The notes: generated by a model not told the origin, from the letters alone. Shown: positions 39,445 through 54,105, counted from the stretch's first letter. The stretch: DNA of 64,000 nt from Oceanispirochaeta sp. (GCA_963663385.2 CAXXXD010000002.1:1600001-1664000); one strand, 5' to 3'. Program-made: numbers and translations.

Positions 39445-40875
39445 TCAGTGATCTCCTTTCCGGGGATCCTGATCAAATAGGGAAATCGCCCCTATATACA
39501 GACGGACAGCCTGTTCCAAAGTTGTCAGACTTACGGCCTCATCGGGCCCATGGGCATCCCCGTAGTTCTCCCCGAGAGGCTTTTTTTCTTCCGGATTTCC
39601 TGCTCCGAAACCAACCGCTCCAGGGATTTTGCGGGCATATGTTCCTCCAGCCATTGTATAGGGAAGGGTATGAGAACCTGTCATCCTGTTATAAAGTTCT
39701 GTCAGATTCTGAACCAGAGGACTTTCTGCTTTCACAATCGAGGGAGGGCTGTCAAAAATGACACTGTATTCTCCCCCTGCAGGCTTTATCAAATCAGTTA
39801 CAGCTCCTTTAATCCTCTCTGATCTGTCCGTTACCGGATAGCGGATATCCAGGGAAAGGATTACTTCCTGTTCTTTCATTCTCAGCATGGTGGCACAGCA
39901 GCTCAGAGAACCTGAAATCTCATCTGTATACCCGATACCGGAGTTTTGACAGTATGGATCAGATAGAATGGTATCCAATACAGACAGGATCCCCTCATCT
40001 TCGGCAGGAAATAACTCCAGGGTCTTTACAAATGTAACAATAGGTAAAAGGGCATTTTTCCCTGTCTGAGGGGCAGAAGAATGAGCACTCCTCCCGGCTG
40101 CCTCCAGTACAAGGATTCCATTGCAGTTGCCCGCTGTCAAACCCTCCGGTAGAACAGTGGCATCAATTCTGTCAGGATCCCCCTTCAGTTCAATACGAGC
40201 ATACTCTGCCACCGATGAGGGTGTACTACCTCCTTCAAAATGAACAATCTTTTTACTGCGGAGAGGGAGCCTGAGGTCCAGGCGCAGGATTCCCTTTTCT
40301 CCGTGGCAAACCGGAAAATCATCATCCGCAACCAATGAGATATCCGGTGCGGGAGCATGTTCCAGATAATAATCCATATCATCCATGCCCCGCTCTTCGT
40401 TGCACCCTAATACCAGGAATATCCGATTTTTTAGTATGATTCTATTGCGAATGAAATACTTAAGGGCGAATAGAAGAGCAACTACTGGGCCTTTATCATC
40501 AACGGTACCACGCCCTACAATATAATCTGCGATGCGGGTAGCCTGAAACGGAGGATATCTCCACCCCTCGCCGGCAGGTACAACATCAAGATGCCCGAAC
40601 AGGGCAATGCTCGCCCCATCGGAAGCTTTTCCCGCCGGAAGTCCTATTTCAGTACAGTAATTGTCAAAATTCCGGACGGTAAATCCCATTTCCCGTGCGA
40701 TTTCTTCCGCCTTTACAAGAACATTGAAACAGCTTTCACCGTAAGGTTTTCCCGGCTGAGATTCCTCCCGGACACTGGGAATGGTAATCAGTTGAGATAA
40801 CACCGAAATCATGGATTCACGATTCTCTTCCAGAAAACGTTCTATCCCGACCGGATCAAGAGATGCCTTTGTCAT
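39445..40875 (-). CDS. M20 metallopeptidase (PepV/Sapep dipeptidase-like)
   Basis: GHLDVVPAG, GRGTVDDKGP, NEE, GGTYAR, AHGPDE. Confidence 0.88.
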   Translation of the reverse strand: MTKASLDPVGIERFLEENRESMISVLSQLITIPSVREESQPGKPYGESCFNVLVKAEEIAREMGFTVRNFDNYCTEIGLPAGKASDGASIALFGHLDVVPAGEGWRYPPFQATRIADYIVGRGTVDDKGPVVALLFALKYFIRNRIILKNRIFLVLGCNEERGMDDMDYYLEHAPAPDISLVADDDFPVCHGEKGILRLDLRLPLRSKKIVHFEGGSTPSSVAEYARIELKGDPDRIDATVLPEGLTAGNCNGILVLEAAGRSAHSSAPQTGKNALLPIVTFVKTLELFPAEDEGILSVLDTILSDPYCQNSGIGYTDEISGSLSCCATMLRMKEQEVILSLDIRYPVTDRSERIKGAVTDLIKPAGGEYSVIFDSPPSIVKAESPLVQNLTELYNRMTGSHTLPYTMAGGTYARKIPGAVGFGAGNPEEKKPLGENYGDAHGPDEAVSLTTLEQAVRLYIGAISLFDQDPRKGDH

Positions 40876-40950
40876 ATTTATTCCTCTTTTATTATTGGGT
40901 TACCTGAATTTCCTATTCAGGTATACCACAATCCTGATTAAAGTCAAATA

Positions 40951-40979
40951 TTTTACTAAAACAAAGTAAAAAATTTACT
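40951..40979. promoter_or_regulatory. Candidate LacI/EbgR-type operator palindromes
   Basis: TTTTACT-N7-AGTAAAA overlapping AGTAAA-AAA-TTTACT; TTTTACTAAAA recurs at about 41087. Confidence 0.55.
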
Positions 40980-41117
40980 TGATTCAACATGATTCTTCTG
41001 GTTTCCCTAAAAAAAATCTATTTTCATGCAATAAATTTCTTGACAAGGAAGTGGAAACGGGTAAAAATCAGTAAACAAGTTAATAATTTTACTAAAATCT
41101 ATATATGCGGTGAGTAA

Positions 41118-45289
<4,172 letters not shown>

Positions 45290-45305
45290 AAGGAGATCCT
45301 ACTGA

Positions 45306-46187
45306 ATGAAAAAATCCAGCGATGCTTTCCGCATCAATCAGAAAAATGCCCCGTACTTTTTTTTAGCTCCGGTAATCATTGTTTTTCTGTTGTTTATGAT
45401 CTACCCGATCATCCATTCTTTTATCCTCAGTTTTCAGAAATTCGAAGACGGGATTTACAGCTTCGTCGGTTTTGGAAACTATATAACACTTCTGCAGGAC
45501 CCGGTTTTCTGGAATGCCTTGAAGAATACCTTCATCTACCTGTTGTTCCAGGTGCCCCTTATGGTTGTACTGTCCCTGTCCCTGGCTGTTCTCCTGGACC
45601 AGAGTTTTCTGCGTATGAAACCGCTGTTCCGTATGACCCTGTTCCTTCCGTCCATCACAGCACTGGTTGCCTATGCAATTGTTTTCAAGATGATGCTGAA
45701 TACGGAATACGGGATTGTCAACCATCTGCTACAAACGGCAGGACTCCCGAAGATTGACTGGCTGAATACAACCTGGGGGGCTCGTGTTTCCATCATAATG
45801 GCTATCACCTGGAGATGGACTGGATACAATATGGTCATTATGATTGCAGGATTGCAGTCCATCCCGACCTCTCTGTACGAATCCGCCTGTATCGACGGGG
45901 CGAATGCCTGGGTAAAACTGACTAAAATTACTATCCCGATGATGAAGCATATCATTCTGTTTGTCAGTATCACGTCCACCATAGGAACCCTCATGCTCTT
46001 TGATGAATCCCTGATTCTCACTAATGGAGGACCTGACAATGCGACAATCACAACAGGACACCATCTATACAATTCAGGTTTTCAGTTCTTCAAGTTTGGT
46101 TATGCCGCATCCATAAGCTATGTCCTGGTTTTGATTATCGCAGTTCTGTCATTCATACAATTCAAGCTTTCCAGAGAGGAAAAATGA
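45306..46187 (+). CDS. Sugar ABC permease (LacF-like)
   Basis: LYESACIDGA; TNGGP. Confidence 0.9.
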   Translation: MKKSSDAFRINQKNAPYFFLAPVIIVFLLFMIYPIIHSFILSFQKFEDGIYSFVGFGNYITLLQDPVFWNALKNTFIYLLFQVPLMVVLSLSLAVLLDQSFLRMKPLFRMTLFLPSITALVAYAIVFKMMLNTEYGIVNHLLQTAGLPKIDWLNTTWGARVSIIMAITWRWTGYNMVIMIAGLQSIPTSLYESACIDGANAWVKLTKITIPMMKHIILFVSITSTIGTLMLFDESLILTNGGPDNATITTGHHLYNSGFQFFKFGYAASISYVLVLIIAVLSFIQFKLSREEK

Positions 46188-46999
46188 TGAAGAAGACTCT
46201 AACTTATCTCATTCTGATAATAGCCCTAGTTATATCCTTATTCCCTTTTTACTTTATGTTTATCTCTGCCGGGAATTCCAACAACGAAATCCTGAGATCT
46301 CCTCCATCCCTTACATATGGCCCCTATATAAAGGACAATCTGATTGCTCTGAACGGTAAAATCAATCTTCTCAGAGTCATTTTCAATTCATTGTTCATAA
46401 CTGGCAGTTATACGATACTGTCAATACTGATCCACTCAATGGCCGGTTTTGCTCTGAGTAAGTACCATTTCCGTATGAAAAACGTGTTTTTTGCCATCAT
46501 TATGACGACCATGATGATACCCGCGCAGGTACTCTATGTCCCTCTCTTTACCCTGATGAACAGGATTGGATGGGTAAACAGTTATCAGGCCGTTATACTT
46601 CCGACACTGGCCAATGCCTTCGGAATCTTTCTGATGCGGCAGAATATGCTCTCCTTTCCCGATGCTCTGATGGAAGCGGCAAGGATAGATGGCTACAGCG
46701 AATTCTCAATCTTTTTCCAGATCGTATTACCCAATATGAAATCGGCATTAGGGGCTCTGGGTATCTATATGTTCCTGAGTATGTGGAACAGCTTTATGTG
46801 GCCCCTCATCATAATGAGCACAAAAAATATGTATAACTTTCCTGTAGCACTCTCCATGCTGGACGGCAATATCTGGCAGAAGAATTACGGAGTTATCATG
46901 CTGGCAACGTCAATTGCGACTCTTCCGATCCTGGTTATATTCCTGATACTGCAGAATCAGTTTATATCCGGTGTTATGGGAGGAGCTGTGAAAGAATAG
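46184..46999 (+). CDS. Sugar ABC permease (LacG-like)
   Basis: LMEAARIDG; ends GAVKE. Confidence 0.9.
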   Translation: MMKKTLTYLILIIALVISLFPFYFMFISAGNSNNEILRSPPSLTYGPYIKDNLIALNGKINLLRVIFNSLFITGSYTILSILIHSMAGFALSKYHFRMKNVFFAIIMTTMMIPAQVLYVPLFTLMNRIGWVNSYQAVILPTLANAFGIFLMRQNMLSFPDALMEAARIDGYSEFSIFFQIVLPNMKSALGALGIYMFLSMWNSFMWPLIIMSTKNMYNFPVALSMLDGNIWQKNYGVIMLATSIATLPILVIFLILQNQFISGVMGGAVKE

Positions 47000-47055
47000 A
47001 GATTTGTTTCACCTGAGATAAATCAATTAAATCTGTTGAAAAATTGGAGGACTTA

Positions 47056-48336
47056 ATGAAAAAAAGGAAATCAGTATTTCTGGTAATGCTGGCGGCCCTG
47101 ATAGGACTGACCGGCTGTTCCAAAACGGAAGTAGCCGATGCAAAGGCAGAGAGCGGCAGGATTGAGGGCGATCTGATCGTCTGGAGCTGGGATGTCGCTC
47201 TGGCTCACCTGCAGGAGGTGTCGCCGGCATTCCAGGAACAGTATCCCGATGTTAAATTTAACTTTGAGGAAATGGGAACAACCCAGATCTACAGTAAGAT
47301 GACCACCTCGCTGGCTTCCGGGATCGGTTTGCCGGATATTGTTTCTCTGGAAGGGGAACAGATGACTAAATTCGGAACCAAATTCCCTGATAAATTCATG
47401 GATCTCACTAACCAGATAGATACAGCCATGTTTCTGCCTGTCAAAATCGGAGAATGTACTTCTTCCGGAAAAATCATAGCCTATCCATGGGATGCCGGCC
47501 CCTGCGGTCTTTACTATCGTGCCGATATTTTCGAGGAAGCCGGTATTGATGCTCAGAAAATAAAAACCTGGGATGATTTTATCGATGCCGGAAAGGTTCT
47601 GAAACAGAAAACCGGGGTAGCGATGATGCCCCTGGCTACTTCACGAAAGGATACGTTTTACAGGCTGTTGATGATGCAGCTCGGAACCTTCTATTTTGAT
47701 GAAACCGGTAAAACACAGGTAAACTCTCCCGAATCCATTCAAGCCATGGAAATGGTCAAGAAAATATATGACGCGGGAATCACTATAAACGACGGAAGCT
47801 GGGATGATTACGTCATATCCATCAAGGAAGGTCTGGTCGCTACAGTTCCCGAAGCCGTCTGGCTGATTGGAACAATCAAGGATGCAGCTCCGGATACAGC
47901 CGGAAAGTGGAGGGTTATGCCTTTGCCGGGATTTGATGAGACCAGCAGAAACGGGTCCTCAAACGGAGGATCTGTTCTGGCAATCCCCGCCGTAACCAAA
48001 CATCCGGAAGCCGCCGCTGCCTTTGCCCAATTCGCCATGACTGATAAAGCCGGATTGGTACAGGGTTTTAAAAATTACGGTCTGTACCCATCTTATATTC
48101 CTGTTTACAGCGAAGATATCTTTCAGCAGGGAGATGATTTTTTCGGAGGACAGAAAATTTACAGTGTTTTCAATGAAATTGGAAAAAGCATCCCCGCAGT
48201 AAATTACACCGAAAATTTTGCCGAAACCCTGGACCTTTCCAAAAATGCTGTGGCCAAGGTACTCCTGAAAGGGGCTGAAGTAACCTCAACCATGAACAAT
48301 CTTCAGGATGAGCTGAAAGCCAAATTCGGAAAATAG
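47056..48336 (+). CDS. Sugar ABC solute-binding lipoprotein (LacE-like)
   Basis: LTGC lipobox; GLPDIV, GKWRV, NGGS; GGAGG RBS before ATG 47056. Confidence 0.9.
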   Translation: MKKRKSVFLVMLAALIGLTGCSKTEVADAKAESGRIEGDLIVWSWDVALAHLQEVSPAFQEQYPDVKFNFEEMGTTQIYSKMTTSLASGIGLPDIVSLEGEQMTKFGTKFPDKFMDLTNQIDTAMFLPVKIGECTSSGKIIAYPWDAGPCGLYYRADIFEEAGIDAQKIKTWDDFIDAGKVLKQKTGVAMMPLATSRKDTFYRLLMMQLGTFYFDETGKTQVNSPESIQAMEMVKKIYDAGITINDGSWDDYVISIKEGLVATVPEAVWLIGTIKDAAPDTAGKWRVMPLPGFDETSRNGSSNGGSVLAIPAVTKHPEAAAAFAQFAMTDKAGLVQGFKNYGLYPSYIPVYSEDIFQQGDDFFGGQKIYSVFNEIGKSIPAVNYTENFAETLDLSKNAVAKVLLKGAEVTSTMNNLQDELKAKFGK

Positions 48337-48363
48337 ACATCCGGTTTCCAAATGAATACTGAG

Positions 48364-48392
48364 CGGACTGTTTAACCACAGTCCGTTTTTTT
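48364..48392 (+). terminator. Rho-independent terminator
   Basis: CGGACTG...CAGTCCG followed by a T7 tract. Confidence 0.7.
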
Positions 48393-48405
48393 AAAGAGGA
48401 TATAA

Positions 48406-49785
48406 TTGAAAGAAACAAAGCGGATCCGGAAAGAGATCCTTATACTTATCCTGCCTATTATTCTGGAAAACATACTTCAGATTTCCGCAGGGATTATTTC
48501 AACAGCAATGATCGGCCGCCTGACATCAGCCGATGTCTCAGGTCAGGGGATCTGCCTACGCCTTACCGATACGCTCTGGTGTCTTTACAAGGGGATCAGT
48601 ATTGGGGCAACTGTCCTGGTCGCCAGGGCTTATGGAGAGAAGAACTACAATAAAGGAAGATACATTATAACTCAGACATTCTTAACTGCCGTTCCTCTGT
48701 CATTGATCTTCGCTCTTATCCTGACCTTATATCCTCTCACTTTCCTGCATTTCTTTACAGAGAATCCTCTCATCCTCGGACAGGCTCTGAAGTTTATGAG
48801 AATTATTGTCTTCGGTTTTCCGTTTGTCATATCAATGCAGATCGTTACAGCAGCCTTCCAGGGACATGGCGATACAAAGACGCCGATGTTCATAGCTCTG
48901 CTGGTTAATATTATCAATATAGGTTTAGGACGTGTGTTTATCTTCGGCTTATGGGGAATTCCCTCACTGGGGATCAGCGGGGCAGCATTGTCTCTTGTCA
49001 TATCGCAGGGAAGCGGAGCTTTAACAGGTATTTATCTGCTTTATAGAAAGAAAGGTCTTCTGTACCGGAAAGAAAAAACCTTAAAAATGGCACAGCCTGA
49101 CAGTCGGATTATCAGAGAAATTTACCATATAGGTCTGCCTGCATCCTTTGAAAGCATGTTCTGGCAGTTTTCGGCTATCATTCTCAGTAAAATCATCCTT
49201 TCCTACGGGGATATGCCCTTTGCGGCCTACCAGCTGGGAATCCAGGCTGAGACAATTACAGAGATGCCCGCAATAGGGTTCGGAATCGCGGCAACCACCC
49301 TGACCGGTAAAGCAATAGGCATGCAGAATCCCGAACTCGGAAGGCGCTATTTCAAACAACTTATTCGGCTGTCCCTATCGATAAGTATTGTAACCTCCTT
49401 TCTACTGATCTTTTTCCCCGGAGGATTTATGAATCTGATGACGGACAAACCGGAGTTGAAGGACATCGGGATACTCTATGTGTTTATCATGGGCTTTATT
49501 CAAATACCTCAAAATCTCTCACGGATCTACAATGGTGTTATTCGGGCCGTCGGTTTTCCCCGTATCCCCATGTACGTTGCCGGCATTGGAATCTGGGGAT
49601 TCAGGATACCATTTGCTTTCCTTACAGCCTATGTATTTCATTGGGATATCCTATTGATATGGTTATGCATTGCCCTGGATCAGGCTATACGATACATTCT
49701 CAGTGTTTTTATATATAAAAAAAAGGGGATATTTCAATTGGAACTTTGTAAAACTGAAAAGCTGGTAGAAGGACATGCCGTATGA
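48406..49785 (+). CDS. MATE-family efflux transporter
   Basis: 12-TM pattern; GDTKTPM, GISGAALS. Confidence 0.88.
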   Translation: MKETKRIRKEILILILPIILENILQISAGIISTAMIGRLTSADVSGQGICLRLTDTLWCLYKGISIGATVLVARAYGEKNYNKGRYIITQTFLTAVPLSLIFALILTLYPLTFLHFFTENPLILGQALKFMRIIVFGFPFVISMQIVTAAFQGHGDTKTPMFIALLVNIINIGLGRVFIFGLWGIPSLGISGAALSLVISQGSGALTGIYLLYRKKGLLYRKEKTLKMAQPDSRIIREIYHIGLPASFESMFWQFSAIILSKIILSYGDMPFAAYQLGIQAETITEMPAIGFGIAATTLTGKAIGMQNPELGRRYFKQLIRLSLSISIVTSFLLIFFPGGFMNLMTDKPELKDIGILYVFIMGFIQIPQNLSRIYNGVIRAVGFPRIPMYVAGIGIWGFRIPFAFLTAYVFHWDILLIWLCIALDQAIRYILSVFIYKKKGIFQLELCKTEKLVEGHAV

Positions 49786-50711
49786 ATAGCCGGAATAAAG
49801 GGTCTATTTTTGCGGATTTATCACTAATTATCGTTGCGGCCATCTGGGGATCAGGATTTATTGCCACCCAATATGCGATCGACAGCCAGATGAGTGCAAG
49901 TCTGATTATGGTTCTTCGATTTACAATTGCCTCTCTTGCAATAGGCGGATTTTTTTATAAAGCAGTCCGGACCATTACCTATCGTGAAATAGTGATAGGT
50001 TTACCGGCAGGCGTTCTGCTTTTCCTGGCCTTTTTTGCTCAGACTATCGGGCTTGAATATACGACTCCGTCGAATAATGCCTTCATAACCTCTACAAATG
50101 TTATTATGGTACCGTTTATTTCCTGGATGCTCCTGAAAAAAGCACCGCAGTTGAAGTCCTTTATTCTGGCGACGGTCTGTTTAGCTGGTATCGCCCTGTT
50201 AACCTGGGTTCCCGGGAAGGGGATCAGTTTTAATACGGGAGATCTGCTGACCCTGTTTTGCGCTCTTCTTTTTGCCGGGCATATTTCCTATCTGGATCTG
50301 GCTTCCAAGAAAATATCAGCTTCTAAATTAACCTTTCTTCAGATGATAACGGCGGCAGTTTTATCCTTTTTCTCTCTGATTCTATTTGATCTGAATTCCA
50401 TCAGCCAGGCAGATTTATCCACGGGGCTTATCCCGACTCTCTATCTTGGTTTTTTCAGCACATGCCTCTGTTTTCTTATACAAACCTCCGCACAAAAGAA
50501 AACTACCTCAACCAAGGCTGCTTTATTTTTATCCACAGAGAGTCTATTCGGGAGTTCTTTTTCAGTGGCCCTTGGTTTGGAGCCTCTTACACATGCAATG
50601 ATTCTGGGAGGAGCGTTAATTATGTCTGCTATTCTCTTTTCAGAAATAAAAATCAAGAAAAAATGGCGAAAAGGCCAGTCTGATTTCAGTATGAACGAAA
50701 ATGGAACTTAA
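49782..50711 (+). CDS. DMT (EamA) family transporter
   Basis: AIWGSGF, GDLLTL.CA..FA; duplicated EamA repeat. Confidence 0.88.
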   Translation: MNSRNKGSIFADLSLIIVAAIWGSGFIATQYAIDSQMSASLIMVLRFTIASLAIGGFFYKAVRTITYREIVIGLPAGVLLFLAFFAQTIGLEYTTPSNNAFITSTNVIMVPFISWMLLKKAPQLKSFILATVCLAGIALLTWVPGKGISFNTGDLLTLFCALLFAGHISYLDLASKKISASKLTFLQMITAAVLSFFSLILFDLNSISQADLSTGLIPTLYLGFFSTCLCFLIQTSAQKKTTSTKAALFLSTESLFGSSFSVALGLEPLTHAMILGGALIMSAILFSEIKIKKKWRKGQSDFSMNENGT

Positions 50712-50880
50712 CAGGGTAAGGGCAGGTCATAGCTTTGCAAAATACGACTTATTCAATCTAATCTGATCTGCCTGATTTCCGATGTCAGAAATCAGGCCAG
50801 CCTGTCTTCCTGGAACCTGAGCTATACAACAGAGCCCTATTTCTGAACTATCCTTTCTAATAGATACTACTGCTTCTTTT

Positions 50881-51841
50881 GTAAGCGGTAATTCTTCCCA
50901 CATTGACAGCATTTTAGGCCTGAGGGATCAGATTGAAATATCTTCAGCAGTTAAGTTGTAGGGAAGTAATTTTTCATAATCACTCTGTTTTTCACAGCAG
51001 GGCAATTCCCGGAAGATGAAGTACAAGTAAGCATAAACAGGAAGATTATTCATCTTCGCAGAGTCAACAAGGCTGTACAGAATTGCCGATGATTCAGCAC
51101 CTTTCGGGCTCCCGGCAAAAAGCCAGTTTTTTCTTCCGATTACAAATGGTCTGATTGCATTTTCAGCGCTATTGTTCGAAGGAGTCAATACCGGATTTTC
51201 CAGATACAAAACCAGCTGCTCCCAGTTGATTAATGTGTACTTCATCGCCTTTCCGAACTCTAAAGAGGGAGGGACTTGAGGATAAAGGAGGGTCAGTTTT
51301 TTCTGTAATTTATCCAGTATCGGTTCTGCCCTGTTTTTCCTCTGCTTGTAAAAACCTTTTAGCGAATAATTCATCCCGTAGAGATTCCAGTTCAAATAGG
51401 TCCTTTATCAGGTCGAGAATTTGCTTCGCTTCTGCATCCTTTTTCTTGGTTGCTTCCCAGTATTGGAAGAACTTTCTTCTGGCATGAGCCCAGCATAAAA
51501 CATGTTTTATATCTCCCTCGACTTTCTTTCGAGCGGTACGATATGCCTCAAAATCATCGGTCTGAATCCAGCCTGAAAAATCTTCTAAAAACTCCAAAGG
51601 GATCGTATGGGACCGACCTTGTTCGTACTGGAATATGACACATTTTTTATCAGGATCTCTTCTAAGAAAGACCCACATCCATGATTTATCAGCAGTTTTT
51701 CGCTTCGGCTCTTTTAACACCTGAACCCTTGTCTCATCAGCATTGATGACATTGCCGGATTTGATGTTTTCTTTCAGCAATTCATATAGTGGCTTACAGG
51801 CTGTTGCTGACTTAATCGTAAGATTGCTCAATGTCGCCCGG
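50881..51841 (-). mobile_element. Truncated IS66-family element (right end plus 3' part of tnpC)
   Basis: Begins GTAAGCGGTAATTCTTCCCACATTGACAGC, the reverse complement of the right end at 60864. Related but not identical to the IS66 at 56524-60864; similarity stops at about 51841. Confidence 0.92.
50928..51841 (-). pseudogene. tnpC: IS66 tnpC remnant with +1 frameshift near 51382
   Basis: Two overlapping ORFs match the C-terminal half of intact TnpC; GGGATGAATTAT here versus GGGATAATTAT in the intact copy. Confidence 0.9.
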
Positions 51842-51863
51842 ATGCTCGCCCATGCATCCGGGA

Positions 51864-52013
51864 ATTGGTCAATATAAAATATCTCTGGTGTAAAGCTCAG
51901 GGATATGTTTGATCAAATCAGGATTTAGTTTGCTCCATGGAGTGAACCGCTCCGTGCGGACCCGCTTGCAGGGTGGTGTGGGGCCCGAGGTTAGAAGCCT
52001 CCGGCTACCCGAT
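51864..52013 (+). mobile_element. Group IIC intron 3' fragment (RT tail plus domains V-VI), variant 2
   Basis: Encodes LVNIKYLWCKAQGYV*, then GAACCGC...GGTGGTGTGGGG...TACCCGAT. Confidence 0.9.
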
Positions 52014-52023
52014 TTCTGCAGTC

Positions 52024-52527
52024 TTATTTTTTATTGTCTAACCTCATAATTATAGATGTCCCTGCCGCACCACATTCAATAAAACCATTTCTTTCATATA
52101 ATCTAACTGCAGGATTATCCGGATCAACGCTTAATGAAATTGAATCTATTTTATATTTTGTTTGATTTAATAATTCTTTTAATAATGCTGATCCAATTTT
52201 CTGCCCACGCTTGTGGTAATCGACTGCAATTCCGAGTTCTGGTATATTATCAGCTATGTATCCATATCCTTTATCGCTGGAAGTGAAGTAACGTAGCCAA
52301 ATTGCTCCTATTCTTTTTTTTGTTTTATTATCAATAGCAATGTATCCAAAATCTCCTTTTTTACCCCAATTCTCAACATATTTACGAATTTTGGGATCTT
52401 TGATTATATCACGATCCGGAGGAGGGGAATTTGTATCAACATATATTGATTGGTAGAGCATTTCATATAGAAAATCCTGATCATTGACACCTATTTTTCT
52501 TAATAAAAAATTATTTTCATTTCCCAT
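52024..52527 (-). CDS. GNAT-family N-acetyltransferase
   Basis: PELGIAV...RGQKIG..LL, SLSVD..NPA.RLYER.GF; AT-rich. Confidence 0.9.
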   Translation of the reverse strand: MGNENNFLLRKIGVNDQDFLYEMLYQSIYVDTNSPPPDRDIIKDPKIRKYVENWGKKGDFGYIAIDNKTKKRIGAIWLRYFTSSDKGYGYIADNIPELGIAVDYHKRGQKIGSALLKELLNQTKYKIDSISLSVDPDNPAVRLYERNGFIECGAAGTSIIMRLDNKK

Positions 52528-52849
52528 ACATTTATTCCTTGATTTAAATATTTAATATTATTGAATTATTTCATTACGGTGTAAATATAAAAAATATGTA
52601 TAACTTTTTTATATAAAACCTAATAAATAATTTCAGTTATGATAAAATACTTACCTACACAATATTCTCAGTTCCAAGTTTCTTTATTTACCACCGGAGG
52701 TTAAATCCATAACCAAATATTTCTTTGCATACTTTCCAATTCTATTTTCTATGGCACATAATTTTTTCCCATCCGCCGCAGGCGGATTAATATATTCTGA
52801 TTTTGAAAAACAATTCACTAATCATAATAAATATCCCGCCTTACATAAC

Positions 52850-53170
52850 GAGACTGTAGAAAAACTCAAACTGGGTATTTTCAAGGCTCCCCTGAAAGTA
52901 CTCATTTGGAAAAATCATTCATCTCTTTGATTTCAATATTAAATCCGATTAAAACCGGCTATATTCAACTACAATTGGTTTATCCTACGCTATACCCATT
53001 CTTTAGCACTTTTCCGTATTCCTACGCACTATACTGCTGGATTTTCCCGATATTATGCACGATACAGTACAACAACCACTGTGTCCGGACCTTTTCCGTA
53101 CCCCGTAAAGTAAAGCGATTCAGCTTTTTCATTCCGGCAATATGTCCGAATACAGGTCCCACCGTATACC
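52850..53170 (-). mobile_element. IS1182-family remnant (transposase C-terminus plus right end)
   Basis: TV.PVFG.I...NRFTLRG..KV..QW.L.C.VHNI.K; terminus GAGACTGTAGAAAAACTC at 52850. Confidence 0.7.
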
Positions 53171-53250
53171 GACCGTCATTGCTTCTGAAGTCGGGGGATT
53201 TCAGCCACATGTCATGACCGGCAGGGTAGATAAGCTGGTTGGTTGCCGTA

Positions 53251-53332
53251 TCCATGGAGTGAACCGCTCCGTGCGGACCCGCATGCTCATTTGATGTGGG
53301 GGTTGGAGGTTAAAAGCCTCCGGCTACCCGAT
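53251..53332 (+). mobile_element. Group IIC intron 3' fragment (degenerate DV plus DVI only)
   Basis: TCCATGGAGTGAACCGCTCCGTGCGGACCCGCATGC...GGAGGTTAAAAGCCTCCGGCTACCCGAT. Confidence 0.88.
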
Positions 53333-53351
53333 TTACGCAGACTTTTTAATT

Positions 53352-53627
53352 CTATTTATATGCTTCATCATGGGACCCAATACTTATGGGAATTATAGTT
53401 TCATCTTGGATCAGGAATTCGATTGTTATTCGGTATGAAATATTAATAGATATACTATATAGTTCTGATAAATTCCCTTTTAACTGATGTAAGCGTAGAG
53501 ATGGGTGATTAGGATTTATTTCCATTAGCTGTAAAGTCTTAGAATACTGTCTTTTTATCTCTGGGTGTTTTTTTAAAAATTTTGCAGCTTTTTTTTCATA
53601 ACTATGTGTAAATATGATTTTAGGCAT
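53352..53627 (-). CDS. Type II toxin, RelE/ParE (YafQ-like) superfamily
   Basis: 91 aa; HPSLRLH.LKG.L...SISIN.SYRI...IGSHD..Y; overlaps the antitoxin stop codon. Confidence 0.85.
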   Translation of the reverse strand: MPKIIFTHSYEKKAAKFLKKHPEIKRQYSKTLQLMEINPNHPSLRLHQLKGNLSELYSISINISYRITIEFLIQDETIIPISIGSHDEAYK

Positions 53628-53877
53628 CAGTTATTCTTTCTATATGGTCTTCAATACTCCCGGTATAATAATTTCCTTCTTGTATATCTTTTTTTGCTTC
53701 AACTAATGCGGCTTCAAGTTCACATTCTCTTAAGCGGTTGTATTCATCAATAGAAAGAACAATATATTTAATTTTACCTCTGACAGTTATAACTGCTTCA
53801 TTCTCCTCAGAGATCACTTGATCCAGAACTGAGACACCTTTAATTTTCAAATCATTGGCTGTTATACTATTAAACAT
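53620..53877 (-). CDS. Type II antitoxin, Phd/YefM family
   Basis: 85 aa; ITANDLK..G...VITVRGK..Y.VL...EY. Confidence 0.85.
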   Translation of the reverse strand: MFNSITANDLKIKGVSVLDQVISEENEAVITVRGKIKYIVLSIDEYNRLRECELEAALVEAKKDIQEGNYYTGSIEDHIERITDA

Positions 53878-54066
53878 TTTTTTACCTCATTATCAATAGT
53901 ACGATTAATTGTGCTCTAAATCAATTCTATAACAGTTGAATTATTATGTATTTTCTAAGAAAGGGTAACCTCGCAAATTATCTTGGACCAATCTCTTATG
54001 AACCTATCTAACTGACAAAGATCATTTCACAAAACAGTTGAATCAGTTTTCTCATCCTCCGAACAT

Positions 54067-54105
54067 AAAAAAAGGAGCAACTCCCCGCCAAGGTTTCTGC
54101 TCCTT
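54067..54105 (-). terminator. Terminator-like hairpin with U-tract on the minus strand
   Basis: AAGGAGCA...TGCTCCTT preceded by a poly-A run on the plus strand. Confidence 0.5.
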
